64,000 nucleotides of DNA from the human T2T-CHM13v2.0 reference genome, Homo sapiens, in the NCBI RefSeq assembly GCF_009914755.1, contig NC_060926.1. The stretch is one strand, 5' to 3'. Made by a program: the position numbers and the translations under genes. The notes beneath the pieces were generated by a model. The model saw only the letters and a list, made by a program, of their open reading frames with translations, did not search any database and was not told the origin of the DNA. Below are positions 1-17,810 of this stretch, one piece after another. Position 1 is the first letter of the stretch, and the number at the start of each line of letters is the position of its first letter.

Positions 1-325
1 CAAAGCCTCACCACAGCCTCCAACAACTGTACCCTAAGCCACCAAGGAAAACACAGACACCACTGACGCTGTTTGCAGCTGAAGAAATATGGAGACTATA
101 CTGTTGCACGCACCCAGGATCAAAGCCAAAGTGTCCTACCCATCCAACACCATAGACACGTCTCCAGGAAAAAGTCCTCCCCTACGGAAGCAATCCAGAA
201 AACAGGAAGAAGCCTCCATTACCCCAGATGCACAGATGTCAATGTAAGGACACAAGAAACGTGAAAAAGCAAGGCTCTGACACCTCCAAAGGAACACAAT
301 AACTCTCCAGCAGCAGAGTCCAATG
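1..325 (+). mobile_element. Old L1 (L1M-type) 5'UTR/ORF1-start fragment
   Basis: Ends in degenerate ORF1 N-terminus (..KKQG..TPPKEHNNSP) preceded by L1M-like 5'UTR; subfamily not determinable. Confidence 0.65.
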
Positions 326-394
326 TCATTTAAAATTTGATCTGCTCTTCATATATGAATAGGTCACATACAAATACCTGAAAATGATAGTACC

Positions 395-700
<306 letters not shown>

Positions 701-1446
701 TTATAGTGAGTTAATATTTTCTTAATATTTTATGAGTAGCACTTTTCATAACTTCTGTAAAAGCAAAATTATACTGGGCAGTCTGATCACCGTTTAACTC
801 TAATAGTCATGATGTGTATTGTAACTACCCCTGAAAAACTAGCCTGATGAGCATGAGAAAGATACATGAGTGACCTTTTAAGCTTGTGGTAGAATTTCAC
901 TGACTAGGCCTAAATGGTGAATGTTGCTGTTCATGAATCCTGTTTTCATATGTAGAACTGTCATTTTGATATTGATAATATTGGCCATTAACATAGATTC
1001 AGTGCTTCCATACCTTGGCTCACAAATGATCTATATTTTGAATAACTTGGTTAAGTTTTGAGTAATGTTAGTTATGTTGTTGATTATCAATGTTAGGGAT
1101 TAAGATGAATATATGGATATATTTTTTCTTTTGTGCATGGGAAAGGAATTTTTAAAATTTGGGAACATATGGTAACAACAAAATAATTTTTGAAGATTGA
1201 ACCCACACTTTGAAACAAGAGCTAACTTTGTCTCTTTGACTGGAGGGCCTTTAAGAGAGGTATTGATATACCCCCATCTCTTTGTAATATATTAAATAAA
1301 TATAATGGTAAGCCTGCTATTTGTAAATACCATATTATTTACCCTCCCGGCATAAGAGCCATCCATATGTGGATGCTTAGAATAGACTGAAAATGTTTAC
1401 TACTCAGACTTGCAACTCAGTGCTTAAACAAGTGCCTCTCTTGTAG

Positions 1447-1539
<93 letters not shown>

Positions 1540-1609
1540 TAGTTCCTAATTGTTATGTGATTTCATAGCCCAAGAGCAATGGCAGATGCATTTAAGGATG
1601 TTAATTTAG

Positions 1610-1786
<177 letters not shown>

Positions 1787-4146
1787 TAATGGTTAATATA
1801 CTAGAAATTATAGAACCTTTTGGACTTTGAAAATTCTTCAGACTGATATAACATTTTTCATAGTTATGATTTTTTAAAATTATCATTTTTCTTTTTTTTT
1901 GAGACAGAGTCTTACTCTGAAAATTTCATTTTTCAATGAAAAATCCATAATTCTTATCTTTGTTTCTCTGTATGTGATGTTTCTTTTTTCTTGGGTACTT
2001 TCAAGATTTTCTGTTTCTCTTTGGTTTTCATTAGCTAGATTATGATCTGTTTATATTTGTTTTTTTCTGTCTATCTTAATGTTCTCTGAGGTTCTCATAT
2101 GTGTGGTTTTATGTCTTTTATTATTTTGGGGAAATCCTAGGCCATTATCACTTCAAATATTTCTTATTTCCTGTTCTGTCTACTTTTTTTCTTCCTCCTG
2201 AGACTCCAATTATATGTATATTAGATCACTTGATGATGTCTCACAGTGCCATAGCTCTTACTCTGTTCTGATTTTCCACTCTTTTTTTCCTTATTTGTTT
2301 TTCAGTTGGATGATTTCTGACTTGTTTTTAAGTTCACTGCCCTTCCTTAGCTGTGTCCTGTGCCCATCAAAGGAACTCTTCATCTTTGATATCATGATTT
2401 TCAAATTTCTAGCATTACCATTTGAATTTTTAGATAGTTTTTATTTATTCTGAAATTCTTCATCTGTTCATGCATGTTGTCCACCTTTTCCACTAGATTC
2501 TTTACCATATTAATAATTTAAAACTCCCTATCTGGTAGTTCTAATGTTAGGGTCATTTATGAATCTAGTTCTCTTGATTGCTTTATCTCTTGACAATGGC
2601 TTGTTTTGCCTTGCCTTTTTTTTTTTTTTTTGCATGTCTTGTAATTTTTTATTGAATGCCAGATATTTGATGTAGAAGAATGGTGTACATGGAGTATTTA
2701 TGTCTAGAAATGGATATGCCTCTTCTTCTGTCAAGCATTAGTGTGGAGGATTAGCCTTATCTAGTTGGAATTGAGTTGGGTTTGGGTAATGTTATTGCTA
2801 TTGTTACCTTTAGTGCATCACAGGCTTGAATACCTCCAGTGGTTAGGCTGCTTTTCCTTGTGCTTAGAGTGCGGGTGGGGTGCCAGAGGGATTTTCTCAA
2901 GTGTTTCTGCTCCTTCCTCAGTTTTCAGCTATCCATGCAAGCTGGCATCATAGAAGTGGAGGGGTATTCTCTCCATGCTCTTCCCTCTCCCACGGGAGTA
3001 TACCACTGTTGCATGTTGCTTATTGCAAGGCTTCTAGTGGACGCAGAGGAATATCCCATGTTTTTCTCATGGAGCTTCAGTTTTAGACAAGCCCTATGTG
3101 CTTAGGCCTCAGAAGCAGGACTTTCCTGAGGTTCCTTTTCCTTATCCTTGTGGCAGCCAAACTTGACCTTGTATCTGTGGTTGTTCTTGGATGGCAGTGT
3201 CCTGTCTGTCTTCCAACGACAGCAAGATTTCTGCTTAGTATAGGAATAGGAGTCTTGATACCTTTTTTTTTAATTTGTAAATTTAATTTTTGTAGGTACA
3301 TAGTAGGTGTATATATTTATGAGGTACATGAGATGTTTTGATACAGGCATGCAATTCATAATAGTCACATAATGTAAAATGAGGTATCCATCCCCTCAAT
3401 GATTTATTCTTCATGTTACAAAGAATCTAATTATACCCTTTTAGTTATTTTTAAATGTATGTTAAAGTGTTATTGACTATAGTCCCCTTGTTGTGCTATC
3501 ATATACGAGGTCTTATTCATTCCTTCTATTTTTTTGTCCCCATTAACCCCATCCCTACTTACCCTTTACCCTCCCAATACACTTCCCAGCCTCTGGTAAC
3601 CATCCTTCCGCTCTGCATCTCCATGAGTTCGATTGTTTTGATTTTTAGATCCCACAAATAAGTGATAACATATGATGTTTGTCTTTCTGTGCATGGTTTA
3701 TTTCACTTAGCACAATAACCTCCAGTTCCATCCATATTGTTGCTAATAACAGGATCTCATTCTTTTTTATGGCTGAATATTACTCCATTGCGTGTAAGTG
3801 CATTTTCTTTATCCATTCATCTGTTGATGGACATTGAGGTTGCTTCCAAATCTTGGCTAATGTGAACAATGCTGCAGCAAACATGGGAGTGCAGATATCT
3901 TTTCAATAGACTGATTTCCTTTCTTTTGAGTGTGTACACAACAGTGGGATTGCTGAATCACGTGGTAGGTCTATTTTTAGTTTTTTGAGGCTCCTCCAAA
4001 CTGTTCTCCATAGTAGTTGTACCCATTTACATTCCCACCAACAGTGTGCAAGCATTCCCTTTTCTCTACGTCTTTGCCAGCATTTGTTATTGCCTGACTT
4101 TTGGATATAAGCCATTTTAACTGGGAAGAGATGATAACTCATTGTA

Positions 4147-4430
4147 GTTTTTTTTTCTTCTTCTTTTTTTGAGACAGAGTCTTGCTTTATCGCCCAGGTC
4201 AGAGTGCAGTGGCCCCCACCTCCCAGGTTCAAGCAATTCTCCTGTCTCAGCCTCCTGAGTAGCTGTGACTACAGGCACATGCCACCACACCCAGCTGATT
4301 TTTGTATTTTTAGTAGAGACGGGGTTTCACCATATTGGTCAGGCTGGTCTCAAACTCCTGATCTCAGGTGATCCACCCACTTCAGCCTCCCAAAGTGCTG
4401 GGATTACAGGTGTAAGCCACTGCGCCCGGC
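4147..4430 (-). mobile_element. AluS with internal deletion
   Basis: Antisense Alu consensus with polyT. Confidence 0.9.
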
Positions 4431-5113
4431 TTGTTGGTTGATTTGTAATAAGGCTTTTCTTCTCTCAAAAATCTAATGCCATAGTATTGGTTTCTGTGTG
4501 TATTGGGAGTGTGAGCCACTGCACCTGGCCTGCTTTCTTTCTTTTTATTTTTTGTAAATCTGTTACTGGTTTTTTGATTTGCGGTTACCATGAGGCTTGT
4601 AAATGCTATCTTGTAACCCATTATTTTTAACTGATGACAACTTAAGACTGATTGCATATACAAACGCACAAAAAGAAAACTAGTGAAAACTTTAAACTTT
4701 GTCTCCCTGCTTTTTAACTTCTTGTTGTTCCTCTTTGTGTCTTATTATACTATTTTTTGAAAAGTTGTTGTAATTATTTTTTATTGGTTCATCATTTAGT
4801 CTTTCTATTTAATAAGATAAGAGTAGTTTGCACACCACCATTGCAGTGTTATATTATTCTGTGCTTTTCTCTGTGCTTACTATCACCAGTGAGTTTTGTA
4901 TCTTGAGATGATTTCTTCTTGCTCATTAACATCCCTTTCTTTCAGATTAAAGAACTCCCTTTAGCATTTCATATAGGATGGGTTTGGTGTTGATGAAATC
5001 CCTCAGCTTTTGTTTGTCTGGAAAGGTCTTTATTTCTCCTTCATGCTTGAAGGATATTTTTTTTTCTGGATAATACTATTCTAGGGTAAAAGTTTTTTTC
5101 TGTCAGCACTTTA

Positions 5114-5467
<354 letters not shown>

Positions 5468-5974
5468 TAAGGTTTCCACTGAAAAGTCTGCTGCCAGATG
5501 TGGTGGAGCTCCATTGTATGTTATTTGTTTCTTTCCTCTTGATGCTTTTAGGATCCTTTCTTTATTCTTGATCTTTAGGTGTTTGATTATTAAATGCCTA
5601 GAGGTAGTCTTCTTTGGGTTAAATCTGCTTGATGTTCTATTACTTTCTTCTACTTGAATGTTGATATCTTTCTCTAGACTTGGGAAGTTCTCTGTTATTA
5701 TCCCTTTGAATAAACTTTCTACTTCTATATCTATCTCCCCTGTAAGGCCAATAACTCTTAGATTTGCACTTTTGAGGCTATTTCCTGATCTTACAGATGT
5801 GCTTCATTGTTTTTTATTCTTTTTTTCTTTTGTCTCCTCTGAATGTCTATTTTCAAATAGCCTGTCTTCAAGCTCACTAATACATTTTTCTGTTTGATAA
5901 ATTCTGCTATTAAAAGACTCTGATGTATTCTTCAGCATGTCAGTTGCATTTTTCAACTATAGAATTTCTGCTTG

Positions 5975-6911
<937 letters not shown>

Positions 6912-9780
6912 TGATAGAATTCTGAATTCCTTCTCTGTGTTATCATGAATTTCTTTGAGTTTCTTCAGAATAGCTATTTTGAATTCTCTGTTTGAAAGGT
7001 CATATATCTCTGTTTCTCCAGGATTGGTCCCTAGTGCCTTGTTCAGTTCATTTGGTATGTCTGTATTTTCCTGGATGGTGTTGATGCTTATAGATATTCA
7101 TCAGTGTCTGAGCATTGAAGAGTTAGGTAATGTAGTCTTTACATTCTGGGTTTGTCCTTCTTGGGAAGGCTTTCCAGGTGTTTGAAGGGATTTGGGCCCC
7201 AAGCCCAATAATACTGTGGTTTTTGCAGACTCATAGAGGTATTGCCTTTGTGGACTTTGATAAGATCCAGAAGAGTTATCTGGTTACTAGGCAGAGACTC
7301 CTGATATTTACCCCCACCTTCTCCCAAACAAACAGTCTCTCTCTCTGTGCTGAGCCACCTGGAGCTGGGGGTGTCATGATGCAAGCACCCCTGTGGCCAC
7401 CATTGCTGGTGCCGCATTGGGTCAGACCTGAAGACGTCTAGTATAGCACCGAGTCTTGCACAAGGCCCTTCCCTTCAGGGTGTGAGTTCCCCAGGTCCCA
7501 GGCATGTCCAGAGATGCTGTCTGGGAGCCAGGGCTTGAAGTAAAAAAAACCTTAGCAGTTTACCTGATGGTCTTTTCTACTGCAGCTCAGCTGGCATTCA
7601 CACCACAGTACAAAATCCTTCCCACTCTTCCCTCCCCTTTACACAGGCAGAGAATCCTCTCCCTGTGGCCACCACCACCACTGGTCTATGGGGATTCTGC
7701 CAGGTCACCACCGATGTTTACTTAAAGCCCAAGAGCTCTTCCCTTCAGCTTGTGGTGAATGCTGCCAGGCCTGGGACTCACCCTTCAGGGCAATGGACTC
7801 CCATTTGGTTGAGGGCAGGTCCAGAAATGCGGTCCAAGAGCCCAGGCCCAGACTCAGGGACCCAAAAAGCCTGCTTGTTGCTCTATCCTACTATGACTGA
7901 GCTGGGACCTAAGGTGCAAAACAAAGTTCCCTTTCCTCTTTCCTCTGTTTTTCTCAAACAGAAGGCGTCTTTCACCATAGCCACCACAGCTAGGAATGTT
8001 CTGGGTCACTGCTGAAGCCAGCACATCTCAGAATCCAGAGCCCCCAGTATACTCCCTGGGTATCGCTGCTGCTGGTTTTCAGGGCCCAAGGGCTCCTTAG
8101 TCAGCAGGTGATGAATCCTGCCAGGGTTGGGTCCTTCCCTTCAAGGCAGCAGATTCCCTTTTGGCCCAGAATGTGTCTAGAAATGTCGTCCCAAAGCTAG
8201 GGCCTGGAATGGGGACCGCAGGACCCTGCCTGCTATTCTATCCTGCTGTGGCTGAGCTGGTATCCGAGATGCAGGACAAAGTCCTCTTTATTCTTCACTC
8301 TCCTCCCTTTAAGCAGAAGGAAGGTGTCACCTTTGGAGTTGCTGCAAGCTGCACTGCCTGGGGTTGGGAGAGGGATGGTGCAAGCACTCCCTTAGCCATG
8401 CCAGCTGGTGTCTCCCTAGGTCACGTGCCACCCTAGTTTTCTGGCTCTGAGCTCAGCCCAACACGAGGAATTGCCTAGGAATTACAGTCCTTGTTCCTAG
8501 ACTGCCTTTCAAATTTACCTAGGAGCCCAGGGTACTTCAGCCCACAATGGTGAGGCTTGTGGAGAAACTCAAGTTCCAATCACTGGGATGGGCACTTTCC
8601 CTCTGGCTAAGGCTGGTCCAAATGTTGGCTTCCTGAGCGGGTGCTGGCTGAGCCCAGCATGGCTTTATTCTCTGTTGTGACAGGGCAGAACCGAATTCAG
8701 CATAAGTCCCCTACTCACTGGGCTCACCCTCCCCAAATGTACAAACTCTCTCTCTGTACCACATGGCTATGACTGGGGAATAGGAGAGAGGTGGCATCAG
8801 TGATTCAAGACTGTCCCTCCTGCTCTCCTCAATGCCTCTTTTAGTGATATGAAGTTAAAACGAGGTACTGTGATTGCTCACCTGATTTTTGGTTTTGGTG
8901 ATGGTGCTTTTCTGTGTGCAGATAGATGTTCAAATTTGTTGTTCCAGTGCGGGGAATAAAGGGTGTAAGCTTCTATTCTGCCATCTTGCTCTGCCTCCAG
9001 CATCTTTTCATATGTTTCTTTGCCATATACTATTTTCACATGTTTTTTTGCCATCTGTCTGTCTTCTTTGGTGAGGTGTCTGTTGTTCAGATCATTTGAT
9101 CATTTTTAAAATGGGTTGTTTGTTTTCTTATTGTTGAGTGTTAAGAATCCTTCGTATATTTTGAATGTAAGTCCCTTATCAGGTATATATTTTGCAAATA
9201 ATTTCTCTCAGCCTATGGCTTATCTTTTCATTCTCTTAACAGTGTCTTTTGCAGAGCACACATTTTAAATTTTAATAAAGTCCAGCTAATCATCAATGTT
9301 TTTCTTTTTTTATCTGAGGATGAGAGCATGAGAGGAAAAAGAGAAGAAGCCACCCTTTCCTCTCATGTTCTACCAAAGGCGAAGCAGGTTTTGTGTCCTG
9401 CCTCTCGTGGGAGGGACTTGTCTTTGGAATTCAGTTTACTTCTTTGCCTTGAAATCTGATGGGCTCAATAAAAGTTATGTTTTTGTAGATTATCTGGCCT
9501 TTTTTTGCCCTTGGGGTGAGAGCACCATTATTTCTAGAGCATCATTATTTCTATTTTAGGATGCTTTCTACATCCCAAATGGAAGCAGAACTAAAATCAT
9601 TTCATTTGTTATTTTTAAAAAGTGGCCACAAATGGCATTGTGAATGTTACATAAGACAGAAATAAACCTTAAAACAGAATTTCGAAACAATGGCTGTTAC
9701 TTTTTTTCTTTGTCTACTTTGAGCATCATAATCCTAGCTCTAGTAATTAAATAGGTTCCATCCAAACCAGGAGTCTATTT

Positions 9781-9953
9781 ATAATAGGTTTAACTCTGAT
9801 GGTATATTAAGATGATGATATTTAGAATATTGATTTTATAGTGAGCAATTAATGGGCATACAGTGATAATAGGTTTAACTCTGATCATGTAGTAAGATGA
9901 TATTTAGAATATTGATTTTGTAGTGAGCAAATCACATTAATGGGCATACAGTG
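9781..9953. repeat. Tandem duplication, two ~85-bp units (9781-9865, 9866-9953)
   Basis: Both units start ataataggtttaactctgat and end ttaatgggcatacagtg. Confidence 0.92.
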
Positions 9954-10174
9954 AGTTCCAGTCACACTGTTTGTTTCCACCCTTACTTACTTATTAATGA
10001 CCACCATTAATGACTGGTGGTCATTAATGTGATAAAGAAAATGTCCTTTTTAGATGATTGTCAGATTATCTTCTATGACCTCATACTTCTCTAGCCTTAT
10101 GGGGGCTGGCGTGTTTGCGGGTGACTGGCTTCTTCTATGAGCCCTTTTACTGAATCTTAGTCTTTACACACTAA

Positions 10175-10552
<378 letters not shown>

Positions 10553-11056
10553 TCATATTTTTATTTCTTATAGAGGAATTTCCTATATATCCTATAGAGG
10601 AACAGCTTCTCTTCAATATATTTTTCAAATTTTGAAGATAATTGTGATGCCACTTTTCAGTCTCCAGCCTGAACACTTGGGGTCCACATCCCATAGCCTT
10701 ATGTAGAAGGTGCTGATGGGGCCAGGAGTCTGAGATTGGGAAGAAGCTCAAGTGCTTAACCACTAAGACAGTTCTGGAATGCTGGAATGTCTTCAGAAGA
10801 CTGTAGCAAGATGTGTGTGCCTTCTGTGTTCCGGTCACAAATATTCAATTGTCTATTTTCCACACATAAGTCAAATTCAACCTATCCAAAAGTGAGCGAG
10901 TCGTGCTTGTCATCTTTTGCATCTAACTTGCTTTTTTTGTGTTCCTGGTTATGGGAAATATCAGGGTTCTTCTTTATTGCTCATTATCCCTTTACTTAAT
11001 CCAGCACTGGGCTCTGTCATATCCATTCCTAAATCTCCTTCTAATTTGCCCCTTCT

Positions 11057-11463
<407 letters not shown>

Positions 11464-11490
11464 TTATACATTTCTTTCCCCCCCCCCCCC

Positions 11491-11995
11491 AGCTTTTTGT
11501 TTCATTTATCTTTTGTATTTTTTGTTTGTTTGTTTGTTTCAATTTCATTTAGTTCTGCTCTGATCTCTTTATTTCTCTTCTGCCGGGTTTGGGTTTGGAT
11601 GGTTCTTGTTTCTCAGGTTCTGTAAGGTGTGGACTTAGATTGTCTGTTTGTGCTCTTTCAGTCTTTGTGATGTAGGCTTTCCTTTTAGCACTTCTGCTGT
11701 ACCCCAGAGGTTATGATAGGTTGTGTCACTATTATCCTTCAGTTCAAAGACTTTTTAAATTTCTATCTTGATTTCATTGTTGACCCAATGATTACTCAGG
11801 AGCAGGCTATTTAGTTTCCATGTATTTGCATGGTTTTGAGGGTTCCTTTTGGAGTTGATTTCCAATTTTATTCCACTGTGGTCTGAGAGAGTACTTGATA
11901 TAATTTTGATTTTCTTAAATTTACTGACACTTGTTTTGTGGCCTATTATATGGTCTATCTTGGAGAACATTTTATGTGCTGATGAATAGAATGAG
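11491..11995 (-). mobile_element. L1 ORF2 endonuclease-region fragment
   Basis: ORF 11755-12003 FSKIDHIIGHK..SDHSGIKLEIN..WKLN is L1 ORF2. Confidence 0.9.
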
Positions 11996-12145
11996 TTATA
12001 CACTTCTTAACATGTGCTAATTTTGTTTCATCTTCACAGAAATTTTATTTGGTAGGTACTATTACACAGATGACTTAAGGACCTTTTCAATTTTATAGCA
12101 GTATTTTTCAGCTTTGGCTTTATATCAGAATATCATGGAAAGTTA

Positions 12146-12472
<327 letters not shown>

Positions 12473-12895
12473 CTAGACAAATGAAGTCAGAATCTCTGAG
12501 GGTGGGACCTACACATCAGTCTTTTTTCAAGATCCTCAGATGATTTGAACACATACCAGGTTGAAAACCACTTATTTATAGCCATAAGGCAGTAGATTCA
12601 GAAACTGAACTAAGGTCTCTGACTCCACAGCCTACATTCTAAAACACAGTGCCACACTTTCCCTTATGTTACATGGTGCTACCAGGGTGAAATGTGGCAT
12701 GTCATGTTACTGCCCAACTTAATCTCTTTAGTGATTCCTGTGTCCCTCAGTTAAAATGTGATCTCTTTGGAATGACATACAAGATTGGGCTGATTTTTCC
12801 CTCCCTTCTACTCTGTACTCCAACAATACCAGGTCTTCCACAACTACCTGAATCAACCGTATTCTTCACATATGCTGGGCTTTCTCTCTGAACCT

Positions 12896-12936
<41 letters not shown>

Positions 12937-13540
12937 CAAAACATTGTTCCCAAGACTCTATTAAAATGCCGCTTTAAAACTTCCTCTCTGAAGTCATTCC
13001 AGGTGGTCACCTCCTGTTTACACTAGGCCGTACAGATTAGTCTCTCTTTTGTCCCACGATGTACTTTTTCATCGATCACACAGTTTGCACCTGTTTACTT
13101 GTCTGTGTAATGAATGAATGGATGACCAGTCACTGATTAAGTCTGTGAATCTAGCTTGTAGCCATTTTGCAAAGAACCTTCAATACTAGCTAAAGAGTTG
13201 GGAGTTTATCATGTAGGGAATGGGGAGTCAGTGAGGATAGCTGAGGAGGGGGTGAGATGCTGGAGATGGTGCTTTTAGAAACTTTAATCTGATGTGTGAG
13301 GTATATGACAGTTTGGATATAGGATAGGACTGGAGGTTGGAGATCACTGAAGAGTTTTTTTAAAAAATAGGAATCCACATTTTTGGTAATAAGAGTCTCA
13401 GTCACGATGGTGGCAAGAGGAGTGAAACAGAGATCGATATGATGACACAAGGGAATTCTAGATTTTGGTGACTACATTTGGAGGGCCAGGGAGAACTAAG
13501 AGTCAGAGAGGAGCTCGAAGTTTTGAGAATTGTTATCCTC

Positions 13541-13990
13541 TGTATTAGTTTCCTGGGCTTGCCATAACAAAGCACTGCAAACTGAGCAGCTTGAAATGAC
13601 AGGAATCTATTCTCCACAGTCCTGGAGGCTGGAAGACTAACGTCCAGGTACTGGCAGGGCCACTCTCTCTGAAGGCTCCTTGTCTCTTTCCTAGCTACTG
13701 ATGGTTGAAGCAATCCAGCAATCCTTGGTGTTCCTCGGTTTATAGCCTTATCTCTGCAGTCTCTGTCTCCATCTTCACATGGTCTTCTCTCTGTGTCTGT
13801 GTCCAAATTCCCCTCTTCTGATAAGGACACCTATCAGTGGGTTAGGGTCCAACACCCTAATCTACTGTTACCTCATTTTAACCTGATAACATCTGCAAAG
13901 ACCCTATTTCCAAATAAGGTCAAATTCACAGATGCCAGGGATTAGGATTTGAAGATATTTTTTTGGGTGCACGTAATTCATCCTATAACA
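13541..13990 (-). mobile_element. MaLR LTR (MLT1-type solo LTR)
   Basis: tgtattagtttcct..gccataacaaa start and aattca..ctataaca end, typical of MLT1 reverse strand. Confidence 0.8.
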
Positions 13991-14711
13991 TTACATTAAT
14001 TCATTCCATCAAAGAATCATGTATTGAGTTGTAATTGCCTTTAAAGCATTCACAATCGAATAGAGAAGACAGATATTTAAGCAGATCATTCTATTACAAT
14101 GTGATATGCACATATTATTAAGGACACACAAAGAAGGGTCATTTAACCTAGCCTAATAGAAAGCAGACAAAGGTAGAACTTGGATAAAAATAGAAAAGGA
14201 GGAAGAACAGTTTCTTGGGATTTAAATCACTCAATGCTTTGTTTTATAATTTTATTAATTTAATAAATGACCTCTAGTTTGGGTACATCCAAGAGGAAAC
14301 ATCCCATCTGAAGTTACCAATAGGAGTTCGGTACAGTTCTGTAGCAGATATAGGTATGGGAGACAGCTACAAAGAGGAAGGAATCCATATGCATCCCGTC
14401 CCTCTTTCCATTTTATACCAAATTTCTGGGATCATTTTCCTTTTTTCTGAAGTTTGGCCTTTACAATTCAATGTTTGTTTACCTTTGAAGATAATTTGCC
14501 AAGCACACGATTCTAGATTGACAATTATTTCTGTTAATGTTTTAAAGACATAATTCTCTTGTTATTTGGCTTCTATTGTTGTTTTTGAGAAGTCTGCTGT
14601 CACTCTGATTTTCCGTCCTTTCTCTGTGGCTGCTGCTACGATCTTCTCTTTGTCTTTAGGTGTCCTGCATTCTCACTGCTGGTGTCTGGGTATGGGTTTC
14701 TTTTCTTTTCA

Positions 14712-15010
14712 TTTTTTTTTTTTTTTTGAGACAGGGTCTCATTTTGTCACCCAGAGTGGAGTGCAGTGGCGTGACCTTGGCTAACTGCAGCCTTGATCTC
14801 CTGGGCTCAAGTGATTCCCCACTCCTTGGCTCCCCAAGTAGATGGGACTACAGGCATGCACCACTACACCCAGCTAATTTTTGTATTTTTAGTAGAGATG
14901 AGGTTTCACCGTGTTGACCAGGCTGGTCTCGAACTCCTGGACTCAAGCAGTTTACCCACCTCAGACTCCCAGAGTGCTGGGATTACAAGCGTGAGCCACT
15001 GCACCCAGCT
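14712..15010 (-). mobile_element. AluJ
   Basis: Antisense Alu with J-type ctcctgggctcaag. Confidence 0.85.
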
Positions 15011-15884
15011 GGATTTCTTTTTATTTAACCTACTGGTATATGTTGTGCTTCCTGGATCTCTGTATTCATGTTTATCATCAGTTCAGAAAAATATACAGCA
15101 ATTTTTAAAATTATCATTTTAAATATTGCTTTTTCTTCATTCTTTGCATTCTGCTTCTGGGCTCAGATTAGATATATATATTAGGCCTTCTTATTATCTT
15201 AATATCTTTTAATATGTCCTTTATATTTTCCATTTTCCTCTTTGTATATATTTTCCAGTTTGCTAATTCTTTCTTCGCTGTGTTTGATATTAAGATTTTA
15301 ATTTCTTAAATTTCCTTTTTTCCCCCCAATATGCTTGTTCATTCCCAATAGGCTCTTATTGCTTTCTTATCTTGGTGATTGGTTCCTTTTCTTCTTCAAG
15401 CATTTCATACATTGCTGTACTACATTCTATGTTTTCTCTGTGCCAGCAAAATTTATGTTCTACGCAGGGCCAATATCACCCTTCCAATCAACCCTTGCAT
15501 GGGTGCAAGATTGGAGGACTCTAAGATACCTGTCTGCCACCCCATGGCAAAGGACTGGGAAGTGGAATGTTTGGATTCTCTCTAGGGAAAAGCATTTTAT
15601 ATAATGCTTATAAATGACACAATTTCTGTGGCTTCTTGTTACTTTGGAGTTTAAGCTCTTAGTGGATAGGGAGTACTTTAAACTTTGCTTAGCTGATCCT
15701 TGGTTCTCAGTAAACAGTAAATCAATCTCCATCATGGTTTCAGAAACTCTAAAACAACTGATTTCATCCAAGAATGTATACCAGTTGGAATAATGATGTT
15801 TTTGTCTCTATATTTAGCAGTCAGTGTATAATAATATTTCCTATATAAATGTAAGCTAGTATTGCTTTCAAAACATTCTCATAC

Positions 15885-16197
15885 CGCCAGGCGTGGAGGC
15901 TCATGCCTATCATCTCAGCACTTTAGGAGGCCGAGGCAGGAGGATCACTTGAGGCCAGGAGTTTGAGACCAGCCTGGGCAACATGTTGAGACCCCATCTC
16001 TACAAAAAATAAAAATAAATCCCTTGGCATGGTGGTGCATGCCTGTAGTCCTAGCTGCTTCGGAGGGTGGCTGAAGTGGGAGAGATCCCTTGAACCCAGG
16101 AGGTTGAGGCTGCAGTGAGCTGTGATTGCACCACTGCACCACAGCCTGAGCAACAGAGATCTTGTCTCAAAAAACAACAATAAAAAAGAACAAAAAA
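15885..16197 (+). mobile_element. AluJ
   Basis: Sense Alu, J-type ggaggatcacttgaggccagg; ends ~30 nt before a FAM228B acceptor. Confidence 0.85.
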
Positions 16198-16224
16198 ACC
16201 TTCTCACACTTGTTATCTTGTTAA

Positions 16225-16335
<111 letters not shown>

Positions 16336-16537
16336 TAAGTCTGTTCTTCCATAGCTTTGCTCTTCTTTTGCTAAGATGCTAGGCTGTGCTGCCATCCCCT
16401 GCCATCCTTTCATGTTGCTGAGACGGTGCTGAGGCACACACAAAGCTCCATTGTGGCAGGACACCGGGCATCTCCTACCACTGTGTCTGGTGAGGTGGCA
16501 ACACTTCCCAGGCTTTTCTGGTCTTAAAGAACAAGTA

Positions 16538-17059
<522 letters not shown>

Positions 17060-17179
17060 CTATCAAATACTATGTATATAATGTGGGGAATCATCTCAGC
17101 TAACTAGTTTTAGAATTAAGAGATTTCTCTACATAATTATGTATCTTGTGACTATCTGGTTAAAAGTCGTGCTGCCCCT

Positions 17180-17810
17180 CAGATATTGCTGGAGGGAATG
17201 TAAAATGGTGCAGCAACTTTGGAAGGCAGCTTGGCAGTTTCTCAAGATGTTAAACATTAAATTATTATGTGACCCAGAAATTCCGCTCCTAGGTTTCTAC
17301 TCAGGAGTAATGAAAACATATCCACATAAAGGCTAGGATATGGATGTTCATAGCAGCATTATTCACAACAGCCAAAAAAGTGGAAACAACCCAAATGTCT
17401 ATCAGCTGATGAATGGATAAACAAGATGTGGTATATCCATACAATGGAATATTACTTGGCAATTAAAAGGAAAAAAATACTGATACATGCTGCAACATAG
17501 ACAAACTTCAAAACCATTGTACTCAGTGAAGGAAGCCAATAACAAAAAGCTACATATAGTATGTTTTTTTATACAAAATGTTCAGAAAAGGCAAATCTGT
17601 AAAGACAGAAGGTAGATAGTAGTTGCTTAGGGCTGGGGATGGGAGTGGAGAGTGACTTAATGAGCATGGAGCCTTGGGGTTAATGAAAATGTTCTAAAAT
17701 AAGATTGTCGTGGTGGTTGCACAACTCTGTAAATATACTAAAAACCATTGACTTGTACACTTAAAATGGGTGAATTTTATGTCATATAAATTACACCTTA
17801 TTAAAATTGT
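17180..17810 (+). mobile_element. Old L1M 3' end
   Basis: L1 ORF2 C-terminus (CWRECKMVQQLWK..DPEIPLLG) and L1M-type 3'UTR. Confidence 0.8.

Noticed and set aside
9812-9884. ATGATGA...CTGA spacing resembling a C/D-box snoRNA
   Set aside because: No convincing terminal stem or guide; the arrangement arises from the tandem duplication
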